Shown here: positions 36,092 through 45,499 of the stretch, one piece after another
Layout: the number at the start of each line of letters is the position of its first letter
Position numbering within the stretch: position 1 is the stretch's first letter
Virus record (IMG/VR): IMGVR_UViG_3300012940_000042
Location: 1-45,732 of that record
DNA from: a virus
Taxonomy: Duplodnaviria; Caudoviricetes
Strand: one strand, 5' to 3'
DNA: 45,732 nt
Notes under the pieces: generated by a model
Database searches by the model: none
Seen by the model: only the letters and a program-made list of their open reading frames with translations
What the model was told of the DNA's origin: nothing
Position numbers and translations under genes: made by a program

Positions 36092-36214
36092 ATGGACTGG
36101 TTTAATATAGCAACTAATGATTGGTTAATTTATCGTGATAAAGATAGGCTTAAAAACTATGTTTTAAAAGGTAAAATAACTGAAGATGAATATAAATCAA
36201 TAGTAGGAGAGTAA
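36092..36214 (+). CDS. XkdX-family protein (40 aa, MDWFNIATND...YVLKGKITEDEYKSIVGE)
   Basis: Translated by hand; V..GKIT.DEY..I.G motif. Confidence 0.8.
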   Translation: MDWFNIATNDWLIYRDKDRLKNYVLKGKITEDEYKSIVGE

Positions 36215-36286
36215 TTATAGTTTCTATTAATTATTTACAAAAAAAATGAAGAATTAGAAAAATAAATTAAAGTATTAATTGAAAGT

Positions 36287-36317
36287 GAGTCCTAATTTTT
36301 AGGGCTCCATTTTTTTT
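36287..36317 (+). terminator. Intrinsic terminator at the end of the tail module
   Basis: GAGTCCTAA-TTT-TTAGGGCTC then CATTTTTTTT. Confidence 0.7.
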
Positions 36318-36396
36318 ATAATTTTTATTAGTAGAATTTAAAGGTATAAATTGTAAATATTATCTTATGAAACCATAAAAAAAGAGGGGTGAAAAC

Positions 36397-36837
36397 GTGT
36401 TTAAGGTATTTATGATTTCAAAAGAACAAACCTTATTGGGAAGCCTTTTAACACTTTTAGCCTATATATATAATTTAGTTAGTACACCTATATTCTGGAT
36501 ACTAATTATTTTATCTATTATAGAATTTTTATTAGGTGTATATAGTTCTCTAAAAAATAAAGAATTAAATAGAAATAAATTTATGGAGATGGTAATAAGT
36601 ACATTGTTTATTGGTGTTTTAGTTGTAATATCAGCTATGATTGATTACTTATTAAATAATTATGGTATAAAAACACATGGTGTCTTTCATAATTATATGA
36701 TGGGTATTTTAATAGCTTATGAACTAGGCTGTATTCAATCTAATGCTGATAAAGCTAATTTATGGACACCTAAAATTATTAAAACCATAAGAATTAAAAT
36801 TGAGGCTTTTATAAATTCCAATATTGATAAGAAATAA
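36397..36837 (+). CDS. Holin (phage holin family 4-like)
   Basis: Three hydrophobic segments, IEFLLGV, YELGCI..N....L.TPK; precedes endolysin. Confidence 0.7.
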   Translation: MFKVFMISKEQTLLGSLLTLLAYIYNLVSTPIFWILIILSIIEFLLGVYSSLKNKELNRNKFMEMVISTLFIGVLVVISAMIDYLLNNYGIKTHGVFHNYMMGILIAYELGCIQSNADKANLWTPKIIKTIRIKIEAFINSNIDKK

Positions 36838-36850
36838 GGAGGTTTAAATA

Positions 36851-37924
36851 TTGGGAACTTTAAAAGGTATTGATGTTTCTGCTCATAATGGTAAAATTAA
36901 TTGGGATAAAGTTAAAGCAGATGGTATACAATTTGCTATGATTCGCATGGGTTTTGGTGGTGATTTAACATCACAGGATGACACACAATTTGAATATAAT
37001 GTTAAAGAAGCTGAAAGAGTTGGTATTCCATGGGGAACTTATCTTTACAGTTATGCATTAAATGTTGAAAATGCTAAAAGTGAAGTTAAACATGCTCTTA
37101 GATTACTTAAAGGTAAAAAGCCTGCTCTTCCAATAGCTTTTGATATGGAGGATGCTGACCATTATAAAGAAAAACATGGTATGCCATCAGATGCTGTATT
37201 AGTAGACATTTGTGATACTTTTCTTTCTGAAATTCAAGCTGCTGGTTATGATGTATTATTATATGCAAATAAAAGTTGGTTAACTAATCAGTTAAATAGT
37301 TCAAAACTAGATAAATATAATAAATGGGTTGCTCAATGGGGAGATAAATGTACGTATAATAAACCATTTACTATATGGCAATTTGATAACTCAGGAACTG
37401 TAAAAGGTATTAATACGAGAGTAGATATGAATTATGCGTATAATTTAACTTTAGATAAACCAATTAATAATAAAACAAATCAGCCTAAAAAAGAATCTAA
37501 TTCCTTATTAAAATTAGGTAGTAAAGGTGATAAAGTAAAAAGTTTACAAAATAAATTAATTAAAATCGGTGAAGATTTATCAAAATTCGGAGCTGATGGC
37601 GATTTTGGAGAAGAAACAGATAAAGCAGTTAAAAAATTCCAATCCCAAGTCGGAATTGCAGTAGATGGTATTGTTGGACCAGAAACTGAAAAAGCTATGG
37701 ATAAAGTTTTAAAATTCCCTGGTAAAAATTTTGAATTGAAAAATCCTTATATGAAAGATGGCTCAAAACAAATTAGTATTTGGATGATTCAAAGAAAAGT
37801 AAAAGTTAATGCTGATAGTATTTTTGGACCTGATACTAAAAAAGCTGTTATTAAATTCCAAAAAAATAACAAATTATCTCAAGATGGTATTGTAGGACCT
37901 AAAACTTGGGATAAAATGTTCTAG
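36851..37924 (+). CDS. Endolysin: GH25 muramidase with PG-binding domains
   Basis: KGIDVSAHNGKINW, AFDMED, WQF.NSG.V.GI...VDMN; LKLGSKG..V..LQ, DGIVGP.T repeats. Confidence 0.93.
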   Translation: MGTLKGIDVSAHNGKINWDKVKADGIQFAMIRMGFGGDLTSQDDTQFEYNVKEAERVGIPWGTYLYSYALNVENAKSEVKHALRLLKGKKPALPIAFDMEDADHYKEKHGMPSDAVLVDICDTFLSEIQAAGYDVLLYANKSWLTNQLNSSKLDKYNKWVAQWGDKCTYNKPFTIWQFDNSGTVKGINTRVDMNYAYNLTLDKPINNKTNQPKKESNSLLKLGSKGDKVKSLQNKLIKIGEDLSKFGADGDFGEETDKAVKKFQSQVGIAVDGIVGPETEKAMDKVLKFPGKNFELKNPYMKDGSKQISIWMIQRKVKVNADSIFGPDTKKAVIKFQKNNKLSQDGIVGPKTWDKMF

Positions 37925-37936
37925 GAGGAAAATAAA

Positions 37937-38191
37937 GTGGAAGCTTTGTTAATTTTGATTTCAGTTTTAACTCCAATTATTACTGCTTTAACAGAAGTAT
38001 TAAAAAAGGTAGTTAATATTGGTAAATTTCAAGCATTAGTTCCTTTAGTATTTGGAATAATTCTTGGACCATTATCATTTATTTTTGCTAAAGATTTAAG
38101 TTTTGTACAATTAATTTGGGCAGGACTTTTATCTGGTTTAACTTCAGGAGGATTTTACTCAGTACAAAATATTAGAAATAAACGCTCATAA
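37937..38191 (+). CDS. Second holin-like membrane protein
   Basis: PIITALTEVLK, PLVFGIILG, WAGLLSGL.SGGFY. Confidence 0.75.
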   Translation: MEALLILISVLTPIITALTEVLKKVVNIGKFQALVPLVFGIILGPLSFIFAKDLSFVQLIWAGLLSGLTSGGFYSVQNIRNKRS

Positions 38192-38242
38192 TAATATTGC
38201 CCTTTGGGGTTGCACCCAAGTGCGGCCAAAAAAATAAAAGAT

Positions 38243-38269
38243 AGAGTATCCATAGGATACTCTTTTTTT
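38243..38269 (+). terminator. Intrinsic terminator after the lysis module
   Basis: AGAGTATCC-ATA-GGATACTCT-TTTTTT. Confidence 0.8.
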
Positions 38270-38386
38270 ATGGAATAAATTGGAAATATATTTAGTCTTA
38301 ATTTTTTATTATAATGAATATAGATAGATATAAAATTATTATATAATATATTCATTATGAATATTATATAGAAAGGTGGTGATAAT

Positions 38387-38566
38387 ATGATTCCTCATTT
38401 GTTATTTATAGAGGAAAAAAAAGAAAATGATAAAATAAAATTTACTAAAAAACCTTATTTAGATTTAATTAAAGCTATAAATAAAACAAAAAATGTTAAA
38501 AATAATGAAAAAAATTATAATTTTAGTTTAGATGATTTTGATGATGAAGGAAATATAAAAAAATGA
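38387..38566 (+). CDS. Hypothetical protein (59 aa, MIPHLLFIEEKKEND...)
   Basis: Translated by hand; strong SD AAAGGTGGTG. Confidence 0.6.
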   Translation: MIPHLLFIEEKKENDKIKFTKKPYLDLIKAINKTKNVKNNEKNYNFSLDDFDDEGNIKK

Positions 38567-38585
38567 GAGAGCTAATAGCCCTCCC
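38555..38585 (-). terminator. Terminator downstream of nrdJ
   Basis: Minus GAGGGCTA-T-TAGCTCTC then TCATTTTTTT. Confidence 0.5.
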
Positions 38586-38677
38586 ATATCATCTTGAGTA
38601 ATTAATAATGGACATATAAATTGATTTAAATATTCATCATGATAAATTCATCATAAAGAATTATTTTATTTATAATG

Positions 38678-41158
38678 TTATAGGCCGCATTTTAATTGAG
38701 CACTACAATTATCACAAGTATTACATCCACCAGATTCTATAACTGTGCCAATTCTACAAATTGGGCAAGTATTTCCTGCCTCTACTCCATAAACTTTATC
38801 ATCTTTACTAGGAGATAAATCACTCATATACTGAACTTTTTCTTCGGAAAAATTATCCTCAAACTTATTTTCTTCATTTGTTAATGATAATACTTGAGCA
38901 TCACGGCTACCATCAACATAAACTGTACCACCTTTAGCTCCACCTTTATATAGTCTTTCATATATTTTTTGGACTTGAGAAACTGAATAACCTTTAGGAG
39001 CATTAACTGTTTTACTAATTGAAGAATCTACCCATCTTTGAATTACACATTGCGTATCAGCATGTTCTTCCGGTGATAATTCCATTGCAGAGACAAAATA
39101 ATCAGGTAATTCTTCATTTGGATGAGCATCTAACCAATCTTGAGCAATTTCAGCATTTACTTCAATAAATTTACCAAGACGTCCACTTCTATAATATTTA
39201 AATGAGAAATATGGTTCAAGACCTGTGGATACTCCAACCATTGTCCCTGTAGAACCAGTAGGAGCAACTGTTAATAAATGAGAATTACGAATACCATGTA
39301 ATAATACAGCATCTCTGATTTCTTGTGGCATCTCTTTCATATAACCGCTATTTATAAATTTTTCTCTTACATTATAATCTTCTTGCATAAATGGAAATGA
39401 ACCTTTTTCTTTTGCTATTTCAATTGAAGTTTTATAAGAAGTAGTTGCAATAGTTTCAAAAACTTTATCAACAACTTTATTTGCTTCTGGAGAACCATAT
39501 CTTAATCTACATTTAATTAATAAATCATGCAATCCCATAACACCCATACCAATTCTACGTTCACCTAAAGCTTGCTTTTTATTCTCTTCCAAGAAATAAG
39601 GTGTAGCATCAATAACATTATCTTGCATTCTTGTACCAATTTGAACTGTTTCAATTAATTTATCATAATCTACTTGACCATCTTTAACATGTTCAGCAAG
39701 ATTTATTGCTGCTAAATTACAAACTGAATAAGGTGCTAATGGCTGTTCACCACATGGATTAGTAGCAACAACTTTTTGACCATAAGCTTTTGCATTAGTT
39801 TTATCATTAGCACTATCAATAAAGAAAATACCAGGTTCAGCAGAATAAGTAGCACAAATGTTAATTAATTTCCATAATTCACTAGCTTTAATTTTTCGAT
39901 AAGTTCTTATAGATAAAGGCCACTCTCTAACATCTCCAACTTTATGCCAATTTTCATTATAATAATTCATTTCATCTTTACTATAATTTTCTACATCAGG
40001 GAAACATAATTCATAATCAGAATCATTTTCAATAGCATTCATAAATTCTTTAGTAATACATACTGAAATATTAGCACCAGTTAAAAATTCAGGATTATTA
40101 ACTTCCCATATTCCACCATCATTTAATTTTTGTTTTGCTAATTCATAAGATTTACTATCAGTGGCTCCTAATTTATTATAAATATTTACATAATCTTCTA
40201 ATAAATCTTTCTCTTGTTGTGATAATGGAATAAACTTCAATTTATCTTTTGCTAATTGTTTAATTTGTTCATCTTCTGTTGTTTCAATAATAAATTGGAG
40301 TATTTTTGGATTTTGCATTTTAGAAATAATAAATTCAAGAATATCCGGATGCCAATCTGCCAGCATAATCATTTGTGCGCCACGTCTTGAACCGCCTTGT
40401 TCAACTAAATGAGTAAGTTTTGCAATATCATCTAGCCAAGAAACAGAGCCAGAAGATTTACCGTTTACACCTCTTGCTAAGGCATTTTTAGGTCTTAAAG
40501 TAGAACCATTAGTACCAACTCCACCACCACGGCTCATAATTTCCATTACAATACCTCTATGTTCTGATAAACCTTCTCTGCTGTCTTTTGGAAAAGGCAT
40601 AACATAACAATTAAAATATGTTACTTTACTATCAGAGCCAGCACCATATAATACACGGCCTGCAGGTACAAAACGAAGTTCTGATAAAATCTTATTAAAT
40701 TTCTGAAAATATTCATTACGTTTATTTAAGTCATTTTCAACATCAGATAAACCTTTAGCATTTCTTAATGCAATTTGTTCATAAAATAATTCTAATGGTT
40801 TATCAATAGAATCAATATTTCTAATTACTAAACCATTTTTTTGTTCTTCTGTAGTTTCTAATAAATGTCTATATTCCTTATTTATTTCTATTCCACAAGT
40901 TCTTGATTCCCAATCAATAGATGTAATTAAACCATAACCTCTTGCTGGAAATTTAGTATCATGTTTTATAGTTAAAATAACAAAATCTCCAACTTTTAAA
41001 GTTTGCTTTGCTGTATCTTTAAAAGAATAACGGTCAATCATTACTAATCGTTGTACACCATCAAACTCTAATTTCATATCATCTGTAATAGGAAATACTT
41101 GTGGAAATAATTTAATATCTTCATTTAAGTTATTAATAAGTTCTTTAGAATAAAACAA
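38678..41158 (-). CDS. nrdJ: Class II (adenosylcobalamin-dependent) ribonucleotide reductase
   Basis: PAGRVL, YFNCYV, GGGVG, QGGSRRGAQM, TNPCGEQPL, CNL, VAPTGS, C-terminal CPIC...GGCNTCDNC; no R2 gene in the window. Confidence 0.9.
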   Translation of the reverse strand: MFYSKELINNLNEDIKLFPQVFPITDDMKLEFDGVQRLVMIDRYSFKDTAKQTLKVGDFVILTIKHDTKFPARGYGLITSIDWESRTCGIEINKEYRHLLETTEEQKNGLVIRNIDSIDKPLELFYEQIALRNAKGLSDVENDLNKRNEYFQKFNKILSELRFVPAGRVLYGAGSDSKVTYFNCYVMPFPKDSREGLSEHRGIVMEIMSRGGGVGTNGSTLRPKNALARGVNGKSSGSVSWLDDIAKLTHLVEQGGSRRGAQMIMLADWHPDILEFIISKMQNPKILQFIIETTEDEQIKQLAKDKLKFIPLSQQEKDLLEDYVNIYNKLGATDSKSYELAKQKLNDGGIWEVNNPEFLTGANISVCITKEFMNAIENDSDYELCFPDVENYSKDEMNYYNENWHKVGDVREWPLSIRTYRKIKASELWKLINICATYSAEPGIFFIDSANDKTNAKAYGQKVVATNPCGEQPLAPYSVCNLAAINLAEHVKDGQVDYDKLIETVQIGTRMQDNVIDATPYFLEENKKQALGERRIGMGVMGLHDLLIKCRLRYGSPEANKVVDKVFETIATTSYKTSIEIAKEKGSFPFMQEDYNVREKFINSGYMKEMPQEIRDAVLLHGIRNSHLLTVAPTGSTGTMVGVSTGLEPYFSFKYYRSGRLGKFIEVNAEIAQDWLDAHPNEELPDYFVSAMELSPEEHADTQCVIQRWVDSSISKTVNAPKGYSVSQVQKIYERLYKGGAKGGTVYVDGSRDAQVLSLTNEENKFEDNFSEEKVQYMSDLSPSKDDKVYGVEAGNTCPICRIGTVIESGGCNTCDNCSAQLKCGL

Positions 41159-41183
41159 TTTTTAGAAACCTCCTATATGATAG

Positions 41184-41215
41184 AAAATACCCTCATAAAT
41201 TACTGAGGGTATCTT
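41184..41215 (-). terminator. Terminator-like hairpin after the tRNA cluster, before the nrdJ SD
   Basis: ATACCCTCA-N8-TGAGGGTAT followed by TTT. Confidence 0.65.
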
Positions 41216-41255
41216 TAATATTTTTTTTATAAATTATAGATAATTCCATTAACAA

Positions 41256-41327
41256 TATGCCTACTAGGAATCGAACCTAGAATAAGAGATTAGAAATCTC
41301 TTGTTATATCCATTTAACTATAGGCAT
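41256..41327 (-). tRNA. tRNA-Arg(TCT), no encoded CCA
   Basis: Cloverleaf: acceptor ATGCCTA/TAGGCAT, anticodon arm AGAGA-TT TCT AA-TCTCT, T arm CTAGG-TTCGATT-CCTAG. Confidence 0.92.
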
Positions 41328-41328
41328 A

Positions 41329-41406
41329 TGGCAAAGTGGGTGGGAATCGAACCCACGTACCATGGCTTTGGAGACCAGGCGATTATCCAGTTATCTTTAC
41401 CACCTT
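41329..41406 (-). tRNA. tRNA-Trp(CCA), atypical D arm
   Basis: Acceptor AAGGTGG/CCACTTT, loop CT CCA AA, T arm GTGGG-TTCGATT-CCCAC, 3' GCCA. Confidence 0.82.
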
Positions 41407-41407
41407 A

Positions 41408-41483
41408 TGGCTGAGAAGATAGGACTCGAACCTATAACTACCTGATTAACAGTCAGGTGCTCTACCGATTGAGCTACTTCCCA
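41408..41483 (-). tRNA. tRNA-Asn(GTT)
   Basis: Canonical 76-nt cloverleaf; CCTGA-CT GTT AA-TCAGG; 3' GCCA. Confidence 0.95.
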
Positions 41484-41489
41484 ATAATA

Positions 41490-41578
41490 CCAAGTTGTTA
41501 AGGTACAACTTGGAAAACCAGCCGATTCAAATTATGAGAGGGAGAGTTTGTACTAAAGAATTTTATCTCTTTAGTATC
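41490..41578 (-). ncRNA. Putative sRNA / structured tRNA-operon leader with C-rich anti-SD segment
   Basis: Hairpin TACTAAAGA/TCTTTAGTA, single-stranded AACTCTCCCTCTC, hairpin CCAAGTTGT/ACAACTTGG. Confidence 0.45.
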
Positions 41579-41581
41579 TTT

Positions 41582-41590
41582 ATTATATCA
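41582..41590 (-). promoter_or_regulatory. Extended -10 promoter (TGaTATAAT) for the tRNA cluster
   Basis: Perfect TGnTATAAT on the minus strand just upstream of the leader hairpin; -35 poor. Confidence 0.55.
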
Positions 41591-41620
41591 AACTAAAATA
41601 ATTTAATTCCTAATGTTTCA

Positions 41621-42700
41621 TCATTTTTTTATTTTTGTTCTATAAAAATATTTTTTAAGCCATTCTTCAACAGGTATACGATTTTCATATAAACTTAACA
41701 TATAATCTTTAGTAAGTTCAGCAGGGTCCATTTCATCTTCTATTTCTGGAACAGTTATTTTATATTCTGGATAACATAACTTAACAACTGACTTAACCAT
41801 TTTATAACCTGCTTTATCACCATCAGCAAATATGATTATTTCATCATCTATCATTGAGTCAATTAATAATTTCTGTTCTTTTGACATTGAAGAACCATAT
41901 AAACATGTTACATAATTTAGACCTGCTTCAAATATTGCCATTTGGTCTTTTTTACCTTCACATAAAATAACTTTATTTTCCTTTTCAATGTATTCTTTGA
42001 CAATATCTAAACGACCTAAAAGTTTATTTTTTAATAAACCTTTTCTCTTTTTCCATTTATCTTTTTTTGTATTAGTTATATCTCTTCCATCAAAACCTAA
42101 TAAAATTCCATCTGGTGACCTTTGAGGTAATAACCATCTCTTATCTTCGGAATCATATCCGGATTCAAATAATGTAAGAGTAGCCTCACTGAAGCCTTGA
42201 CTATCAATATAACCCTCTTCATCTTTCTGACCGATAAATTTTTGAGCTACATCCTCAGGAATAGGATTTACACCATAAGGAAATTCTTCATCTTCAATAA
42301 TGATTTCATTATTATTATCTTCCAATAATAATGAGTTAAGTGTATTATCTAATTGATTTAATAACCATTCTTCATTATTATCTTCAATAGTTTTTATATC
42401 TATTCCAGAAATATCACATATAAATTTAATGGCGTCGTCAAATGTACATTTATTAGAACATTCAACTAATTTAATTATATCTCCATCTTTTTCATCATCT
42501 ATACATTCACCATAACAACAATATAATTTTGTATCAGGATTTAATACAAATACAGTAGTACCATTAGATTTATGAATAGGACATGAACTTCTAAATCCAT
42601 TAGAATCTTTTCTAATTCCTCTAGCGCCTAATGATTCTAATATACTGAAAATATGTTCTTCTTGGAGTAGTGATTTTAAAGCATAACTATTATAAGCCAT
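41621..42700 (-). CDS. DnaG-like DNA primase (CHC2 zinc finger plus TOPRIM)
   Basis: CPIH...YCCYGEC, GFDGR, ILCEGKKD, FADGDKAG, DPAE. Confidence 0.9.
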   Translation of the reverse strand: MAYNSYALKSLLQEEHIFSILESLGARGIRKDSNGFRSSCPIHKSNGTTVFVLNPDTKLYCCYGECIDDEKDGDIIKLVECSNKCTFDDAIKFICDISGIDIKTIEDNNEEWLLNQLDNTLNSLLLEDNNNEIIIEDEEFPYGVNPIPEDVAQKFIGQKDEEGYIDSQGFSEATLTLFESGYDSEDKRWLLPQRSPDGILLGFDGRDITNTKKDKWKKRKGLLKNKLLGRLDIVKEYIEKENKVILCEGKKDQMAIFEAGLNYVTCLYGSSMSKEQKLLIDSMIDDEIIIFADGDKAGYKMVKSVVKLCYPEYKITVPEIEDEMDPAELTKDYMLSLYENRIPVEEWLKKYFYRTKIKK

Positions 42701-42875
42701 TATTTCCACTCTCATTATAACCAACTATTTGAACACCCATATACACTTTCTCCCATTTAAGATATTTTTTTTGCCATTTTTTTATAATTCTTTTTTTCTT
42801 TGGTAATTTTTTTCTAGGAAAATCATATACTTTAGCATATAAATTAAATGATGAAATGTCAAATTCATTTTGCAT
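42690..42875 (-). CDS. Small basic hypothetical protein
   Basis: KKKRIIKKWQKKY; TAATG overlap with the helicase. Confidence 0.55.
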   Translation of the reverse strand: MQNEFDISSFNLYAKVYDFPRKKLPKKKRIIKKWQKKYLKWEKVYMGVQIVGYNESGNNGL

Positions 42876-44263
42876 TAATCTATTCTACCTCCGCCACCAA
42901 TATATTCTAAACTTTTATCAATAAGAACCATTGGGTCTGCATTATTTAAAGTAGCTTTTGAACCATTAAAATGTAATAATACTTTTCTTAATTCACCTTC
43001 ACGAACTTTTAATGCCCCAATTTCTAAATGATTAGGTACTTCTGATTTTGACCTAAAATAAAATTCATCCCTATATACATAAAATATATTATGGGCATCT
43101 TGTTCTGCTTTACCAGTATTTCTAATATCAGCAAGTGTAGGTCTTTTATCATCCCTTTTTTCACAATTTCTATTTGCTTGGGATAATGCTATAACAGCTA
43201 CATCAAATTCAGATGCCATATTTCTTAAATCCTCAGATATTTCTGCAAAGTCTTGTTCATCAGTTGGAATAGTACCATTTCTTTTTCTGATAAGTTGGAA
43301 ATAATCAAACCATACAATTTCTATTCCATATTTTGATTTTAAATATGCTAATGTTGTATAAGCTTCTCCAATATTAACTTTAGCAGCATCAATAACATAT
43401 AATGGAATAGATTTAACATGTTCTATTGCTTCATCTAATCTAACCCATTCTTCTTGAGTTAAAGTTTTAGGATTTTTTAATTTACTCATATCAATTTTTG
43501 CTACTCTTGATAATATTCTTCTATAAACAGCTGGTGCTTTCATTTCATGAGAAAATATAGCATTTGGAATACCAGATTCTGCTGAATTATAAGCACAATT
43601 TAAAGCTAGACCAGTTTTATAATTTGAAGGTCTACCAACAATATAAGTCAATGTATCTTTTGCAATTTGGTCTTTAATCATTATATCTAAATCTCTAAAT
43701 TTAAAATAATATGAAAATTCTTTATCACTAATAAGCTGTTCTTGCATTTCTTCTTTTATATTTTGAAACCCTGAATAAATACTAATTTCTTTAACTTGAC
43801 CATCATTTATTTCTATATTCATTAAATCTTTAGTAATATTAGAAATAAATTGTCTAGCAGGTATTTCAATTTTATCTAATCCATTTTTAATAACATGAAT
43901 AGCTTTTCTTTTAATATTTAAATCTCTTAATTGATTGATATTATCCTCAATAATATATTTATATTGTGTATCATCTACTATCTCTCGTTGAATCATTTTT
44001 TTATATCTATTGAGTTTTAAATGAACATCTTTTTTCTTTTTTTCCTCAATATCTAATTTATTTATAATATAATTTATTGTAGGAATAAATTCAGAATCTG
44101 CTATACACTTTTCCAAAATAATATTAATAACCTTTTTATTAAAATCATTAACAATTTCATTGGAATTGAAATTCATTTCAATAGCACAATCAATAGATTC
44201 TCTATTTAATAAAAATAAACCAATAATTTCTTTTTCTTTTTGTATATCTGATATTTTACCCAT
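42875..44263 (-). CDS. DnaB-like replicative helicase
   Basis: GRPSNYKT, FSHEM, FDYFQLI, ALSQANR..EKRDDKRP.LADIRNTG.AEQDA, YRDEFY, KVREG. Confidence 0.9.
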   Translation of the reverse strand: MGKISDIQKEKEIIGLFLLNRESIDCAIEMNFNSNEIVNDFNKKVINIILEKCIADSEFIPTINYIINKLDIEEKKKKDVHLKLNRYKKMIQREIVDDTQYKYIIEDNINQLRDLNIKRKAIHVIKNGLDKIEIPARQFISNITKDLMNIEINDGQVKEISIYSGFQNIKEEMQEQLISDKEFSYYFKFRDLDIMIKDQIAKDTLTYIVGRPSNYKTGLALNCAYNSAESGIPNAIFSHEMKAPAVYRRILSRVAKIDMSKLKNPKTLTQEEWVRLDEAIEHVKSIPLYVIDAAKVNIGEAYTTLAYLKSKYGIEIVWFDYFQLIRKRNGTIPTDEQDFAEISEDLRNMASEFDVAVIALSQANRNCEKRDDKRPTLADIRNTGKAEQDAHNIFYVYRDEFYFRSKSEVPNHLEIGALKVREGELRKVLLHFNGSKATLNNADPMVLIDKSLEYIGGGGRID

Positions 44264-45052
44264 TTATTCATCACCTTTTAATTCATCTAAATTGTAGTAA
44301 TTGGGTATTTTTGCATTTTTAATTCTATAATCATCTTGACTAACAATACTAATAATTAAAGACCTCTCATAGAAAAGTGAAATAATTCTTTGAGCATATT
44401 GAGCTTTTAACTTTTCCAATGTAGAGTTTGTTGTAATTAATGTTGGTTTCTTTTTATAATATCTATGCCTAAATAGAGAATCAAGTTCTGTTAGTGTCCA
44501 ATCAGTCTTGTGTAATTCTACACCTAAATCATCAAAAACTAAAAAATCACAATTGTAAATATAATTAAGTAAATCTTTATCATTTTCCTCATTCCAAGAT
44601 GATTTTATTATATCTAAAAAGTTTTTTACTGTAGTAAAATAACATTTATATCCTTTATCTACAAGATTCATAATAATTTTCATTGAAGTTAATGATTTAC
44701 CTCTACCAGTTGGGCCATTTATAATAAAACCAATACCATTTTTTAGATTATTTTGAGCATTATTAATAAACTGTTTAATAAATGGATTTATTTTAATTCT
44801 TATTTTATCATCACCATCTTTAAGATAAGCAACAATTTCTTCCTCAATTATTGGAAGAGAAGCATAATCATAATCAATATTAGCGTTTTTATATTTACGT
44901 TTTTTAATTTCTAATTTTAAACACTCACACATTTTTCCATCTTCTAAATAACCCGCTTCACATTTTTCACATCCAATAAATGTAGTTTTTTCTGTTTCTT
45001 TTAAATCTTCTTTTTTTAGTATTTCGCTTAATTTAGGATTGTATTCTTCCAT
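44264..45052 (-). CDS. DnaC/IstB-like helicase loader ATPase
   Basis: CxxC...CxC zinc motif, GPTGRGKS, LVFDDLG.E, RY..KKPTLITTN, DYR. Confidence 0.9.
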   Translation of the reverse strand: MEEYNPKLSEILKKEDLKETEKTTFIGCEKCEAGYLEDGKMCECLKLEIKKRKYKNANIDYDYASLPIIEEEIVAYLKDGDDKIRIKINPFIKQFINNAQNNLKNGIGFIINGPTGRGKSLTSMKIIMNLVDKGYKCYFTTVKNFLDIIKSSWNEENDKDLLNYIYNCDFLVFDDLGVELHKTDWTLTELDSLFRHRYYKKKPTLITTNSTLEKLKAQYAQRIISLFYERSLIISIVSQDDYRIKNAKIPNYYNLDELKGDE

Positions 45053-45066
45053 ATAAATCACCCCAA

Positions 45067-45100
45067 TAAAAATAGAGAACCAAATATTTGACTCTCTATT
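45067..45100 (-). terminator. Terminator-like hairpin before the loader SD
   Basis: AATAGAGAGTCAAA-TA-TTTGGTTCTCTATT then TTT, directly after a TATAAT. Confidence 0.55.
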
Positions 45101-45189
45101 ATTATAGAATACATCTATTTTTTTATAATCAAAGTTTCAGACTATTATATCCTTGCTACACTTTAGTAAAAATACTTTAACTATTATAT

Positions 45190-45471
45190 TTATAACCAAT
45201 CATCTGGATTAATACTATCACTAATTGAATTTTTATAAGTATTATTATTTTTCTTTTTAAAGAAATAATTGTAAAATTGATTCCATATAGGTACTCTACA
45301 CATAGGTTGAGATTCTATACAATGTTTTATATCTTCATATTTTTTATTATGTTTATTAGCATATAAAGAAATAGTATCCCATGCTTTAACTTTGTAACCT
45401 ATTCCTTTATTCATATTTGGATTATGTTTAAAATATAACATTACAAGTTCTTTGATTTTATCATTATCCAT
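45190..45471 (-). CDS. Hypothetical protein upstream of the replication genes
   Basis: ORF track; SD GGTGA. Confidence 0.65.
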   Translation of the reverse strand: MDNDKIKELVMLYFKHNPNMNKGIGYKVKAWDTISLYANKHNKKYEDIKHCIESQPMCRVPIWNQFYNYFFKKKNNNTYKNSISDSINPDDWL

Positions 45472-45499
45472 GTTATCATCACCAAGGTTTAATTTTTCT

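Noticed and set aside
38203-38226. H-type pseudoknot, type III antitoxin repeat or preQ1 riboswitch
   Set aside because: Loop 3 would be 0-1 nt (sterically unlikely), single copy, no ToxN-like gene, preQ1 consensus absent
2166-38355. Opposite-strand shadow ORFs (e.g. 2166..2369, 3248..3637, 5238..5426, 7919..8113, 12698..13397, 15955..17923, 19102..20583, 22763, 27206, 30684, 31973, 33252, 34658, 35073, 38155)
   Set aside because: Antisense to well-supported genes or terminators, no SD noted, composition typical of reverse-strand codons
38678-41255. Intein/intron in nrdJ, or cobalamin riboswitch upstream
   Set aside because: ORF continuous with normal length and no intein junction motifs; the leader is under 100 nt and holds only a hairpin
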